From the NCBI GenBank assembly GCA_046597055.1, contig JBKJLC010000271.1:1-42202 (forward strand): DNA of 42,202 nt. Direction: 5' to 3'. The DNA comes from Kofleriaceae bacterium. Lineage in GTDB: Bacteria; Myxococcota_A; Polyangia; Haliangiales; Haliangiaceae. This document shows positions 1 through 10,719 of this stretch, one piece after another. Each line of letters opens with the position of its first letter. Position 1 is the first letter of the stretch. The notes beneath the pieces are model-generated. The model was not told where the DNA came from and did not search any database. It saw only the letters and a program-made list of their open reading frames with translations. A program made the translations under genes and the position numbers.

Positions 1-753
1 GACCCGCTCGGTGGTGACCGCGTAGACCAGCTCGGTGGGTCCGCGGTTGGTCAGCTGCATGCCCGCGCCCGTGAGGGTGATCGGGAACTCGTCACCGGCG
101 AAGCCCGAACCGCGGTACTTGACCACGCGCAGGTTGCGGAACGCCGAGCCGTCGAGGACCTGGTGACGCAGGACCACCACGCAGTCGACCATGAACTGCA
201 AGAAGGCGTGGCGCTGGTCCTCGTGGCCCCCCACCTTCTGGGTGATGATCCCGGTCAGGCCGGTCGCCGCCAGCCAGTCGCGGATGCGATAGATCTCGCG
301 CCGCTCGACCGCCGGATCGTCGAGCAGGTTCAGCAGCACGTCGATGCCATCGAACACGATGAAGGTGGCGTGCATCTCGGCGGCCTTGGCGCCGAGCACG
401 GCGAGCATGCCGGCCAGATCGAACTCGCCGGACCTCACCACGTCGGGCGACAGCCGGGCATCCAGGAAGAACAGCTGCTTCCGCACGAGCCCGGGCAGGT
501 CCCAGCCGAGCGTGGCGCCGTTGGCGACGATCTGGCGGACACTCTCCTCGAACGCGACGAAGATCCCGGCTTCCCGGTGGCGACGCGCGCGATGCACCAG
601 CGTCTGCAGCGCGAACAGGGTCTTGCCGCAGCCGGGGCCACCCATCACCAGCGTGGTCCGTCCGTGCGGCAGGCCGCCCTGGGTGATCTCGTCGAACCCG
701 CGGATCCCGGTGAGCAGCTTGGTCATGCGGCTCGGGTTGGAGGTGGTCTTCAC
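1..753 (-). CDS. kaiC: KaiC-family RecA-like ATPase, N-terminal part (runs off the window edge)
   Basis: Not in the ORF track; translated by hand. From ATG 726 it reads MTKLLTGIRGFDEITQGGLPHGRTTLVMGGPGCGKT (Walker A), then VFVAFEE, FDGID, CVVVL and LRVVKYRGS, which is the KaiC CI pattern. An in-frame GTG at 753 overlaps the stop of the EAL gene (GTGA), so the start is 753 or 726. Confidence 0.88.
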   Translation of the reverse strand, partial: MKTTSNPSRMTKLLTGIRGFDEITQGGLPHGRTTLVMGGPGCGKTLFALQTLVHRARRHREAGIFVAFEESVRQIVANGATLGWDLPGLVRKQLFFLDARLSPDVVRSGEFDLAGMLAVLGAKAAEMHATFIVFDGIDVLLNLLDDPAVERREIYRIRDWLAATGLTGIITQKVGGHEDQRHAFLQFMVDCVVVLRHQVLDGSAFRNLRVVKYRGSGFAGDEFPITLTGAGMQLTNRGPTELVYAVTTERV

Positions 754-2549
754 GTCGCGCCGCCCGTCCAGTCGACGTCGGGGAACGGCCGCCCCGGCTT
801 CGCGAACAGATAGCCTTGCAGCTGGTCGCAGCCGAGCGCGCTGACCGCGTCGCGCTCCGCCACCGTCTCGACGCCCTCGGCGACCACCCGCATCCCCAGG
901 TCCTTGCACAAGGTCGCCAGCGAGCCGACCAGCTTCTGCTTCACCGGCTCGCGGTCGACGTGGCGGATGAGCGACATGTCGATCTTGACCACCTCGGGCG
1001 CGAGCTGGACCAGGTAGCTGAGCCCCGAGTAGCCGGCGCCGAGGTCGTCGATCGCGATGCGATAGCCCAGCGCGCGCAGGCGGGTGGCGCGGGCGGCGAT
1101 GCCGGCGGTCTCGTCGAGCGCCGCGCGCTCGGTGACCTCGAGGACGATCCGGCTGGCGAACGGCGCCAGCGGATCGTCCGGCCCGTACAGGGTCTCGTCC
1201 AGGAAGTCAGCCGGATGCAGGTTGACGAAGAGGTCGACCTCCGGCGGGCGTTCGCGCAGCGTACGTCCCACGCTGGCGCGGATCGCGCGGCCGACCTCCG
1301 GCAGCATGCCGAGCTCCTGGGCGAGGCCGAACAGGATGCCGGGGTGGGGCACCGCCGGATCGTTGGTCCGGACCAGCGCCTCGTACGCGACGATCCGGCG
1401 CGCTCGCCAGTCGACGATCGGCTGGTACGCCATCCACAGCGTGTCGAGCGCGCGCCGCAGGTTGGCCTGCCGCGCGGCCCCGGCGCTCGCCGCCTCCGCC
1501 AGCGAGGCCAGGTAGTCGACGGACTCGCGCTTGATCCGGCCGATGCGCCGCAAGGTCGCCGCCCGGTGCACGGCGTCGAGCAGATCGTCCGCGTTCACCG
1601 GCTTGACCAGGTACCGCATGGCCCCGTTCTCCACGGCGTGGACGGCGGACTCGACGGTGGGATTGCCGGTGACCAGCAGGACCGGGATGTCTGGGTCGAC
1701 CTGACGGACCGCGTGGAGCAGCTCGGTGCCGGTCATGCCCGGCATCGTGATGTCCGTGATGATCACGTCGTAGCGGCTCCCGGCCAGCGCGGCCATCGCT
1801 TCGCGGCCGTCGGCCGCCTGCACCACGGTGTAGCCCGCGTTCTCGAGGATCCGGGCGCCGGCGCGTCGCAGGGCCGGCTCGTCTTCGACCAGCAGGACCC
1901 GCGCCTTCAAGGATGCCTCGATCGCGGCCGGGTGGGACGCCAGGGGGACGGACGCCGACGTCGCTGGCGGCGCTGGGGTCGCGGCCACCCCTGGGGTTGC
2001 GGCGGTCCCGGGTGGCGCGGGCGCCCCGGGCACCGCGGGCGCCGCGGGGATCCGGCCCAGGCTCACGAGGCGTTGCCGGACCCAGTCGCGCAGCAGGGGG
2101 ACATCGAGCGGCTTCTGGAGCTGCAGGTTGTCGACGGTCTCCAGGAACGCGAGCTGCGTCGGCGTGCGAGCCCCGGTCAGGAAGACGAAGCGCTCGGCCG
2201 ACGCTGGCGCCTGCTGCCGCGCCTGCTGGAACAGCTCCTCGCCCGACATGCCCGGCATCTGGAGATCGCAGAGGATCAGGTCGAAGTCACCGTCCGCGAT
2301 CAGCTCCAGGGCGCGTGCCGCCCGGGTGACCCCTTCTGCATCGCACTCCCGCTCGAGCGCCTTGATGCAGACGCGCACGAACGCGGGCTCGTCGTCCACG
2401 ATGAGCACGCGCGGCCGTCGGGTCGCGCCCGGGCCGGGGCCGACGTCGCCGGTCGGCAACCAGGCGAGCGGCGATCTGCCGGTGGGGGCGGTCACCAGCG
2501 CCCGCTCTGGTCGAGCGCGCTCGACCCCGGGCTGGACATCCCCCGGCAT
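750..2549 (-). CDS. Dual receiver (REC-REC) EAL c-di-GMP phosphodiesterase response regulator
   Basis: REC1: VLIVDDE..DLILCDLQMP..FLTG..KP. A Pro/Ala linker follows. REC2: VLLVEDE..DVIITDITMP..VTG..KP. EAL motifs: YEALVR, FVNL, LEVTE, IDDLGAGYSGL, KID, AEGVE, QGY. Start placed at ATG 2549 rather than 2942; the start is uncertain. Confidence 0.88.
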   Translation of the reverse strand: MPGDVQPGVERARPERALVTAPTGRSPLAWLPTGDVGPGPGATRRPRVLIVDDEPAFVRVCIKALERECDAEGVTRAARALELIADGDFDLILCDLQMPGMSGEELFQQARQQAPASAERFVFLTGARTPTQLAFLETVDNLQLQKPLDVPLLRDWVRQRLVSLGRIPAAPAVPGAPAPPGTAATPGVAATPAPPATSASVPLASHPAAIEASLKARVLLVEDEPALRRAGARILENAGYTVVQAADGREAMAALAGSRYDVIITDITMPGMTGTELLHAVRQVDPDIPVLLVTGNPTVESAVHAVENGAMRYLVKPVNADDLLDAVHRAATLRRIGRIKRESVDYLASLAEAASAGAARQANLRRALDTLWMAYQPIVDWRARRIVAYEALVRTNDPAVPHPGILFGLAQELGMLPEVGRAIRASVGRTLRERPPEVDLFVNLHPADFLDETLYGPDDPLAPFASRIVLEVTERAALDETAGIAARATRLRALGYRIAIDDLGAGYSGLSYLVQLAPEVVKIDMSLIRHVDREPVKQKLVGSLATLCKDLGMRVVAEGVETVAERDAVSALGCDQLQGYLFAKPGRPFPDVDWTGGAT

Positions 2550-2704
2550 CGATGGGTCGTTCCGGTTGCGTTCGAGCTCCTCACGCCACGACGGTTCGGC
2601 CAAAAACCGTCGCTCGGGAGAGGGAATCGACGACCCCTGTCCGAGGGTGGGCGGCGGTGGGAGCGCAAGGTTTGCGTCTCTGACGGGCCTGGCAAGGTAG
2701 ACCG

Positions 2705-2875
2705 GTGAGCAGCGCGGCGGTATGCGTGCTGGTCGTCGAGGACGACCCGGAGCTACGGGAGCTCGAGTGCGAGCTGCTCGAGGAAGAGGGCTACGAGGTG
2801 GTCCCGGTCGCCGATGATGCCCAACATGGACGGACTCCAGCTGCTGGAGGCGATCGTGGGCGCCGACGACGTCCA
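2705..2875 (+). pseudogene. Decayed receiver-domain (response regulator) gene with internal deletion and frameshift
   Basis: VLVVEDDPELRELECELLEEEGYEVVPVAD is followed in another frame (ATG 2814) by MMPNMDGLQLLEAI. The intervening helix and the strand carrying the phospho-acceptor Asp are missing. The end coordinate is approximate. Confidence 0.7.
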
Positions 2876-2952
2876 CCAGGGTCGATCCACCGCACGCCTC
2901 GACGCGGCGACGGTGCCACGCCATGCGCGGTGCCCGTGCCATGCGACGCGCG

Positions 2953-3930
<978 letters not shown>

Positions 3931-3988
3931 GGGGCACTCCGGAAGGCTTGGGTCGTCCTGGCGCACGCCATGACCCAGGGCTATCAAG

Positions 3989-4978
3989 CTAGATGTCACT
4001 TGGGTAGTCAGGATCTGGCGCCTTGGCTCGAGCCCCGGCCGCCGGCACCCCGGTGACCAGCAGGTAGTGGCTGCCGGTGACATGGACCTGACGGCCGTGC
4101 TGCTGGAGATACTTCCGATAGAACGCCACGTCCTTGACCAGCAGACCGAGCTCCGGCTCACGGAAGTTCTTCATGCGCGCACCGTGTTGAACCTCACCGT
4201 CCAGATAGCGGCAGTTGGGGAAGCCGAGGATCAGCGAGCCGCCGGGGGCGAGGTGGTGCTGGACCAGGCGGCGCAACACCGCGCGATCGTCGATGCCCGG
4301 GCTCTGCAGGGTCCCGATCGAGACGATCAGATCGAACCTGCCGAGGTCGAGGTCGGCGAGCGCCCCCAGGTCGGCTTGCACGAAGCGCACGCCGGCGGCC
4401 GGGAAGCGGGCGCGGGCGACCGCGAGCGCCGACGCGCTGTGGTCGACACCGACGAACGTCAACGCCTCGGCCTCGGGCGGGAGCCGCGCGGCGATCAGCG
4501 CCAGCTCGTCACCGGTGTTCACGCCCAGGTCGAGGATGCGCGGGCGCGGGCCCAGCCCGACCCGGCGCAGCGCGGTGGCGAAGTCGAGGACGAACCCGGG
4601 ATCCTCCAGCTTCGAGATGCGCGCGAAGGCCGAGCTGGCGCCGTACTTCTCGGTGAGGTCGGCGACCGGCGCGGCGTGCCAGCCGGCGCGGTCGGCCAGG
4701 CGGGTGAAGCGCAGCTCGACCAGCGGGGCCGGTCCCGGGCGCGGGGTGGCCAGGCGCAGGCCCAGCCGGTCGGCCAGCTCGACCCAGGCCGCGAACGGTC
4801 GGTGCACGTAGTCAGTGCCGTCGTGCGCGACCCGCTCGCCGGCGTGGCGCCCGGCGCCGTGATCGGGATCGAGCACGCGGAACGCGACCGAGGTCGCGCC
4901 GCCGGCGAGCGCCGCCTGCACGTGGGTGAGGATCTCGAGCAGGGGCGCGCCCGCAAACACCGGGACCGGCTCGGTCAT
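3989..4978 (-). CDS. Class I SAM-dependent methyltransferase with N-terminal extension
   Basis: Motif I ILDLGVNTG, motif II GVDHS, then FVQADL, FDLIVS and LAPGG. Confidence 0.82.
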   Translation of the reverse strand: MTEPVPVFAGAPLLEILTHVQAALAGGATSVAFRVLDPDHGAGRHAGERVAHDGTDYVHRPFAAWVELADRLGLRLATPRPGPAPLVELRFTRLADRAGWHAAPVADLTEKYGASSAFARISKLEDPGFVLDFATALRRVGLGPRPRILDLGVNTGDELALIAARLPPEAEALTFVGVDHSASALAVARARFPAAGVRFVQADLGALADLDLGRFDLIVSIGTLQSPGIDDRAVLRRLVQHHLAPGGSLILGFPNCRYLDGEVQHGARMKNFREPELGLLVKDVAFYRKYLQQHGRQVHVTGSHYLLVTGVPAAGARAKAPDPDYPSDI

Positions 4979-5052
4979 CGTGCCGCATGTAGCACGCACC
5001 GGTGGCGCGGAGGCACCGGCGCTGCCGGACCGCGGCGTGGTACCTGTGCGGC

Positions 5053-6507
5053 GTGAAGCTCACCTGCCACCTCGTCCTCGCCCTCGCATTCGCGGCCTGC
5101 GGCGGGTCTGCCCGCCCGCCGGCCCCCGCGCCGGCCCCCACGACGCCGGTCGCGGCGCCACCGACCGAGGCCACCGGCGGCGCCGCCGCCGCCCCCGCCG
5201 GCGATGGCCCCACCGCCGACGAGTCGATGGCGTGGGTGCTGGCCGCGCTCCAGGCCAGCAAGCCGCCGACCGCCGCCGAGATCGACGCGCGCTTCGCGCC
5301 GGCGTTCCTCGCCGAGGTGCCGACCGCGAAGATCATCGAGATCTTCGGGATGCTCGCCAGCCAGCTGCCGCCGCTGAAGGTGGTCGAGCAGAAGAGCCAG
5401 CCCCCACAGTCCACGATCACGCTGCTCGACACCAAGTCGGGCGGGATCCGCGTGATCCTGGCCATGACCAAGACCACGCCGCGGCAGATCACGACGCTGC
5501 TGATCCAGCCGGCCACCGCCGAGACCCCGCCGCGCACCTACGGCGACGCGGTCGCCCAGCTGACCCGGGCCGGCGCGCGCAGCCAGCTGTTCGTCGCCGA
5601 GCTCGATCGCGGTCGCTGCATCCCACGCCAGAACCACAACACGACCACCAGCCTGGCGGTCGGCTCGACCGCCAAGCTGTGGGTGCTGCTCGCCCTCGAC
5701 GAGAAGCTGAAGCGCAGCAAGGGCCTCGGCTGGGACACGCCGCTGGCGATCCGCGACGCGGGCAAGAGCCTGCCGTCGGGCGAGATGCAGGACCTGGCCG
5801 CCGGCACCGAGCGCCCGCTGCGCGAGTACGCCGAGAAGATGATCTCGATCAGCGACAACACCGCGACCGACCACCTGATCGACTACGTCGGCCGCGAGGC
5901 GGTCGAGCGCGGGCTCAAGCTCGCCAAGCACGGCAAGCCGGCGGCCAACACGCCGTTCCTCGGCACCCGCGAGCTGTTCGTGCTCAAGCTGGCGACCTCG
6001 GCCGAGGAGCTCGCCGCGTACAAGAAGGCGAAGCCGGCCGGCAAGCGCAAGCTGCTCGCGCAGCTGCGCGGGCGACCGCTCGACCTGGCGACCGCGGTGA
6101 AGGAGTGGACCGCGCCGCGCCACCTCGACCTCGAGTGGTTCGCCGACGGCCGCGACCTGTGCCAGGTCATGGCCGCGCTCGCCGTGCGCGGCAAGCTCGA
6201 CCCCGGCTCCGAGCTCCTGAAGATCCTCGGCAAGAACCCGGGCGTGCCGTTCGACGAGAAGCAGTGGAGCTACGTCGGGTTCAAGGGCGGCTCGGAGCCC
6301 GGCGTCGTCAACCTGACCTGGCTGGCCCGGCGCGCCGACGGCAAGTGGTTCGTCGTCGTCGCCGCCGTCAACGACGACAGCAAGATCGTCGACGAGGGCC
6401 TGGTCGCCAACGCGGGCGCGGGCACCCTGCAGATCCTGGGCGCCGAGGCCGCGCCTGCCCCGGCGCCGAAGGCCGCACCTGCGCCTGCGCCCGCACCGAA
6501 GCCGTGA
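5053..6507 (+). CDS. Lipoprotein serine hydrolase, class A beta-lactamase / PBP-like fold
   Basis: Signal peptide with lipobox-like AFAAC; SxxK (STAK), SDN and KGG motifs; Pro/Ala-rich ends. Start GTG 5053. Confidence 0.85.
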   Translation: MKLTCHLVLALAFAACGGSARPPAPAPAPTTPVAAPPTEATGGAAAAPAGDGPTADESMAWVLAALQASKPPTAAEIDARFAPAFLAEVPTAKIIEIFGMLASQLPPLKVVEQKSQPPQSTITLLDTKSGGIRVILAMTKTTPRQITTLLIQPATAETPPRTYGDAVAQLTRAGARSQLFVAELDRGRCIPRQNHNTTTSLAVGSTAKLWVLLALDEKLKRSKGLGWDTPLAIRDAGKSLPSGEMQDLAAGTERPLREYAEKMISISDNTATDHLIDYVGREAVERGLKLAKHGKPAANTPFLGTRELFVLKLATSAEELAAYKKAKPAGKRKLLAQLRGRPLDLATAVKEWTAPRHLDLEWFADGRDLCQVMAALAVRGKLDPGSELLKILGKNPGVPFDEKQWSYVGFKGGSEPGVVNLTWLARRADGKWFVVVAAVNDDSKIVDEGLVANAGAGTLQILGAEAAPAPAPKAAPAPAPAPKP

Positions 6508-6517
6508 CCGGCGGTGA

Positions 6518-9500
6518 TCACCGGGCCAGCGCGGCCCGGTAGATCGCGATCAGCGCGTCGTCGATGCGCGGGCGCTGGACGCCGAGCCCGGCGAGCACCG
6601 CGACCGTGCGCGCGCACGGCCATGGGCCCATGGCCAGGCCGAAGCGGGCGGGAAAGAACGACGCCAGCGGCGCGAGCCGCGACCCCGGCGCCCGGGTCAG
6701 CGCGGCCCGGAAGTCGGGATAGCTCGACGGCACCAGCGGCGCGCCGGCGGCGACCAGCGCGCGGCCGAGCCCCGCGTGCGACAGCGACTGGTCGGCGTTG
6801 GCGAGGTGGTAGGGCCCGCCGCCGCGCGGCCGCGCGATCAGCAGGGCGGCGATCGCCTCGGCGACGAAGTCGACCGGGGTCATGTCGACGATCGCGTCGT
6901 CGCGATCGAGGTAGCGGCCGAGCTCGAGCATGCCGGCCAGGTAGCGACTGAGGAAGTCGTCGGGGTTGCCGACCCCGCGCCGGGTGTGGCCGGCGATCAT
7001 CGCGGGCCGGTAGATCGCGACCGGCAGGCCGGCGGCGCCGGCGCGGCGCACGTGCTGCTCGGCTACCCACTTCGACAGCGCGTACGGGGTGCCGAGGTGG
7101 GCCGCGGCCAGCGTCAGCGCGCTGTCCTCGTCGCCGTCGACGGGCACCGTGCTGATGGTCGACACGTGGTGGAACGGGAGGCCGCGGCGGGCGGCGAGCG
7201 CGAGGAGCGCGACCGTGCCGAGCACGTTGGGCGCGCGCAGCGCCGGGTAGCTCGCGAGCCAGCTCACGGTGGCGCCGGCATGGACGATCGCGTCGACGCT
7301 GGCGGCGAGCCCGGCCCGGGCGGTGGCGGTGAGCCCGAGCTCGGGCGCGGCCAGGTCGGCGACCACGACCCGCACGCGGTCGCCGTCGACCGCGATCGGG
7401 ATGGCGCGCGCGGCCAAGGCCGCCGCCAGCCGGGCCGCGGCCGACGCGCTGTCCGGCGACCGGACGAGGCAGACCACCCGCAGGCCGCGCCCGCGCAGGG
7501 CCTCGACCAGGTGGGCGCCGAGGAAGCCGGTGGCGCCGGTGAGGAGCACGGTCCCGATCGCGGCGCCGACGTCGGTCACCCGGGGCGCGACCGGCAGCGC
7601 CAGATCGGCGTCGACCTGGGCGGCGGCGGCCGCGGGCGGATGCTCGTCGCCGAAGCGGCCGAGCCGCACCGCCAGGTCCTCGAGCGAGGCGGCCTCGAAC
7701 CACCACGCCAGCGGCACCTCGCGGCCGAGCTCCTCGCCCAGCGCCGCCAGGATCTCGGCGGCGGCCAGCGAGTCGACGCCAGCCTCGCCGAGCGGCTCGC
7801 GCGGCGACGCGGTGCGGCCCAGCACCCGGCTGGCGGCGCGGACGACGCGCGCGCGCAGATCGTCGTCGGCGACCGCCGCCTCGTCGTCGATGCTGGTGGC
7901 GGCGCTGCCGCTGGCGAGCGCGGCCAGCGCGGCGCCGTGGCGCTCGGCCAGCGCGACCCGGGCCAGCTTGCCGCTGGCGGTGAGCCGGCCGTCGTCGGCG
8001 GTGAGCGGCGCCGGCGCGAGCCACACGCCGCGCGGCAGCTCGTAGGCGGCCAGCCCGGCCGAGCGCCCGTGCGCCCGCACCGCCGCCAGCACCGCCGCGG
8101 CCGCGCCCGGCGCCGCGGCCAGCGTGGCGAGCGGGTCGCCGGCGGGCACCGGCTCGCCGAGCAACCCGGCCAGCACCGCGGGGTGCGGCACGATCAGCGC
8201 CGCGACCCCGGCCGCGCCCGAGGCCGCGTGCACGTAGACCTGATCGACGACCGCCGCCGACGCCAGCACGGTCTCGATCCGCTCGGCCGACACGAACTCG
8301 CCCTGCGCCAGCTTCACCGTGTTGCGGACCCGGCCGATCACGCGGACCCGCCCGGCAAGGTCGTGCTCGCCGAGATCGCCGGTGGCGAAGAACCCCTCGC
8401 CGTCGATCGCGGCGTCGGTGGCGGCGGGATCGCCGAGGTAGCCCGCGATCACGTGCGGCGTGCGCACCCAGAGCTCGCCGCGCTCGGGCTCGCCGGCCCG
8501 GCCCACCACCGCCGGCGCATCGACCACCGGCCGCAGCTGGACCTCGACGCCGGCCAGCACCGTGCCGTCGAACGCGATCGACCCGACCTCGGTGCTGCCG
8601 TAGCCCTCGCTGACCCACAGATCGGCGAAGCAGCGGCGCAGGAACCCCAGCACCTCGGCGCCGACCGGCGCGCTGCCGACCGACACCGCGAGCAGGCGGT
8701 CGCCGAACGCGGCTCGACTGTCGGCCAGGACCCGGGCCTCGATCGCCGCGCGCGGCGCCGACGGGTCGGCCGCCAGCGCGGCCCGGAGCCGCCGCTGATG
8801 GCCGGCGTACAGCACCTCGTAGAGACGCGGGACCGAGCCGAGCGTGGTCGGCGCCAGCGCGCGCAGCTCGCTCGCGAGGTGGGCCCCGCCGCGCGAGAAG
8901 CCGATCGTGCCGCCGTGCACGATCACCGACGGCAGGTACATGCGCTCGCTCAGGTGCGACAGCGGCTGGAACGACAGGTGCTGCGGCGAGTGCCCGACCG
9001 GATAGCTCTGCAGCATGGCGTGGAAGCCGGCGTAGGTGCGCATCGCGCCCTTCGGCGTCCCGGTCGAGCCGCTGGTGAACAGCACCGCGTACAGCTCGTC
9101 CTCGCCGCGCATCGCCGGCGGCGACACCGCGGCGGTGGTCCCCTCGGCGACCAGCGCGTCGAAGCCGATCCGGCCCGGGCCGGCGGCGTCGTCGTCGCAC
9201 ACGACCAGCAGTCGCAGGCTGTCGGCCGCCAGCCGCGCGACCCGGTCGGCGTCGGCCGGCTCGCAGATCACGCAGGTCGGGCGGGCCCGCGCGATGATCT
9301 GCGCGAGCCGGTCGTCGGGCTCCTCGGGCGCGATCGGCACCACCACGTAGCCACGGGCCAGCGCGGCCAGGTCGGCCATCACCCACTCGGGCCGGTTGCG
9401 GGTCATCGCCGCGAGCACGACCCGAGCCGCGCCCAGGCCCGGCTCCAGCCGCGCCGCGATCCCGCGGCCGAGGGCCATCGCCCGGGTCCACACCGCGCCG

Positions 9501-10483
9501 TAGGTCAGCGACGGCGCATAGCGACCGTCGTCGCCGCGCGCCACGAACAGCGGGCGGTCGACGTGCAGCCCGAAGCTCCGCCGCAGGGTCGCGGCCAGGG
9601 TGTCGGCGTACAGCGCAGCCGCCAGGACCTCGGCGCCAATCACCGCCAGGGACACCGCCTGTCCCGCTGGCGCGACCGCGGTGACCCGCAGGTAGCGCGC
9701 GACCACGCCACCGGCGGTGAGCGAGGTCCCGACCGAAGGCTCGACCGTGCGGGTGACGGTCAGCTCGCTGCCCGGCGGCGGCGCGCCCGACGGCATCACG
9801 AAGCCGTACCCGTGGATCACCAGGCGCGCGTCGCGCGGCACCGACCCCAGCTCGATCCGGATCTGCGACAGGTACATCGAGGTCCCGAGGTCGAGCTCCC
9901 ACCACGGCGCCGACTCGGCCGCGGTCGGCTCGGCCCACGGCATGGGTGAGCCCGCCGGCGACCGCACCAGGCTCGACTGGCGCGTGAAGCGATGAAAGGC
10001 GACATCGAACAGCGGCACGGTCTCGTCGCGCCCGTCGAGGACCCGGACCAGCGCGCGCCGCGCGACCCGCAGGTACGCGCACACGGTCGCGCCCTCGACG
10101 CCGGCGAGCTCGATCGCCGGGCCACCCGCGGTGAGCACGCGCGCGGGTCCGTCACCCTGCACGATCTCGAGCGTCCACCCCTCGCGCCAGCCGTGGCCAC
10201 GCACCACCCGCGGCGCCAGCTCGAGGCTCACCCGGTCGGCGTCGAAGCCGAGCGCGAGCACGACCTCGCCGTCCTGCAGCTGCACCTCGGCGCGGAAGCC
10301 CGCGTCGTCGACGCCCGCCATGCGCTCGATTCCGCCATCGTGAACGAACCGCGCCCGCAGCGCCGCGCGCGCCAGCGCGGCGAACAGCGGCGCCTCTTCG
10401 GGCGTCCACCGGATCAAGGACACGCCGGCGGGCGATGCACGCGCAGCTCCCGTGGTCTCGTCGGTCCCGGCACCAGCGGACAT
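6518..10483 (-). CDS. Carboxylic acid reductase-like A-T-R enzyme with ~300-aa N-terminal extension
   Basis: A domain: FTSGSTGTPKG, GYGSTE, TGDL, KLAQGEFV. Carrier domain: GVDSL. Thioester reductase: LLTGATGFLG, YALSK, IYRP. ATG 10483 is preceded by a TACCGT box. Confidence 0.87.
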   Translation of the reverse strand: MSAGAGTDETTGAARASPAGVSLIRWTPEEAPLFAALARAALRARFVHDGGIERMAGVDDAGFRAEVQLQDGEVVLALGFDADRVSLELAPRVVRGHGWREGWTLEIVQGDGPARVLTAGGPAIELAGVEGATVCAYLRVARRALVRVLDGRDETVPLFDVAFHRFTRQSSLVRSPAGSPMPWAEPTAAESAPWWELDLGTSMYLSQIRIELGSVPRDARLVIHGYGFVMPSGAPPPGSELTVTRTVEPSVGTSLTAGGVVARYLRVTAVAPAGQAVSLAVIGAEVLAAALYADTLAATLRRSFGLHVDRPLFVARGDDGRYAPSLTYGAVWTRAMALGRGIAARLEPGLGAARVVLAAMTRNRPEWVMADLAALARGYVVVPIAPEEPDDRLAQIIARARPTCVICEPADADRVARLAADSLRLLVVCDDDAAGPGRIGFDALVAEGTTAAVSPPAMRGEDELYAVLFTSGSTGTPKGAMRTYAGFHAMLQSYPVGHSPQHLSFQPLSHLSERMYLPSVIVHGGTIGFSRGGAHLASELRALAPTTLGSVPRLYEVLYAGHQRRLRAALAADPSAPRAAIEARVLADSRAAFGDRLLAVSVGSAPVGAEVLGFLRRCFADLWVSEGYGSTEVGSIAFDGTVLAGVEVQLRPVVDAPAVVGRAGEPERGELWVRTPHVIAGYLGDPAATDAAIDGEGFFATGDLGEHDLAGRVRVIGRVRNTVKLAQGEFVSAERIETVLASAAVVDQVYVHAASGAAGVAALIVPHPAVLAGLLGEPVPAGDPLATLAAAPGAAAAVLAAVRAHGRSAGLAAYELPRGVWLAPAPLTADDGRLTASGKLARVALAERHGAALAALASGSAATSIDDEAAVADDDLRARVVRAASRVLGRTASPREPLGEAGVDSLAAAEILAALGEELGREVPLAWWFEAASLEDLAVRLGRFGDEHPPAAAAAQVDADLALPVAPRVTDVGAAIGTVLLTGATGFLGAHLVEALRGRGLRVVCLVRSPDSASAAARLAAALAARAIPIAVDGDRVRVVVADLAAPELGLTATARAGLAASVDAIVHAGATVSWLASYPALRAPNVLGTVALLALAARRGLPFHHVSTISTVPVDGDEDSALTLAAAHLGTPYALSKWVAEQHVRRAGAAGLPVAIYRPAMIAGHTRRGVGNPDDFLSRYLAGMLELGRYLDRDDAIVDMTPVDFVAEAIAALLIARPRGGGPYHLANADQSLSHAGLGRALVAAGAPLVPSSYPDFRAALTRAPGSRLAPLASFFPARFGLAMGPWPCARTVAVLAGLGVQRPRIDDALIAIYRAALAR

Positions 10484-10689
10484 CGGCGCGACGGTACCGC
10501 GGCGCGCCGCTGGCCAGCGCGCGCGGGCGACCGGCGTGGTCACGGCAAACAGCGGCACCTGCCCCTTCGGGTCGTTGGATCGCCGGGCCCGCGGGCCCAG
10601 AGTGGCGCGCGTGAAGGAATGCGCGCGCCAGCGTGGCTGTTGATTCAGCCGGTGAGACCTGCAACTCCGCCCTGCGCCGCGCGTCGTCC

Positions 10690-10705
10690 TGGCACGATGG
10701 CTGCT
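10690..10705 (+). promoter_or_regulatory. Putative sigma-54 (-24/-12) promoter of the export operon
   Basis: TGGCACG-ATGG-CTGCT has exact GG-N10-GC spacing, with one mismatch to the TGGCACG-N4-TTGCW consensus, and lies directly upstream of the ABC ATPase gene. Confidence 0.6.
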
Positions 10706-10719
10706 CCGTGATGGAACCC

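Noticed and set aside
5053..6507. Bona fide antibiotic-resistance beta-lactamase
   Set aside because: KGG instead of KTG, an extra N-terminal domain and no clear omega-loop ExxLN motif; only the fold family is supportable.
6518..10483. NRPS biosynthetic gene cluster
   Set aside because: No condensation or ketosynthase domain and no tailoring cluster; a stand-alone A-T-R enzyme explains it.
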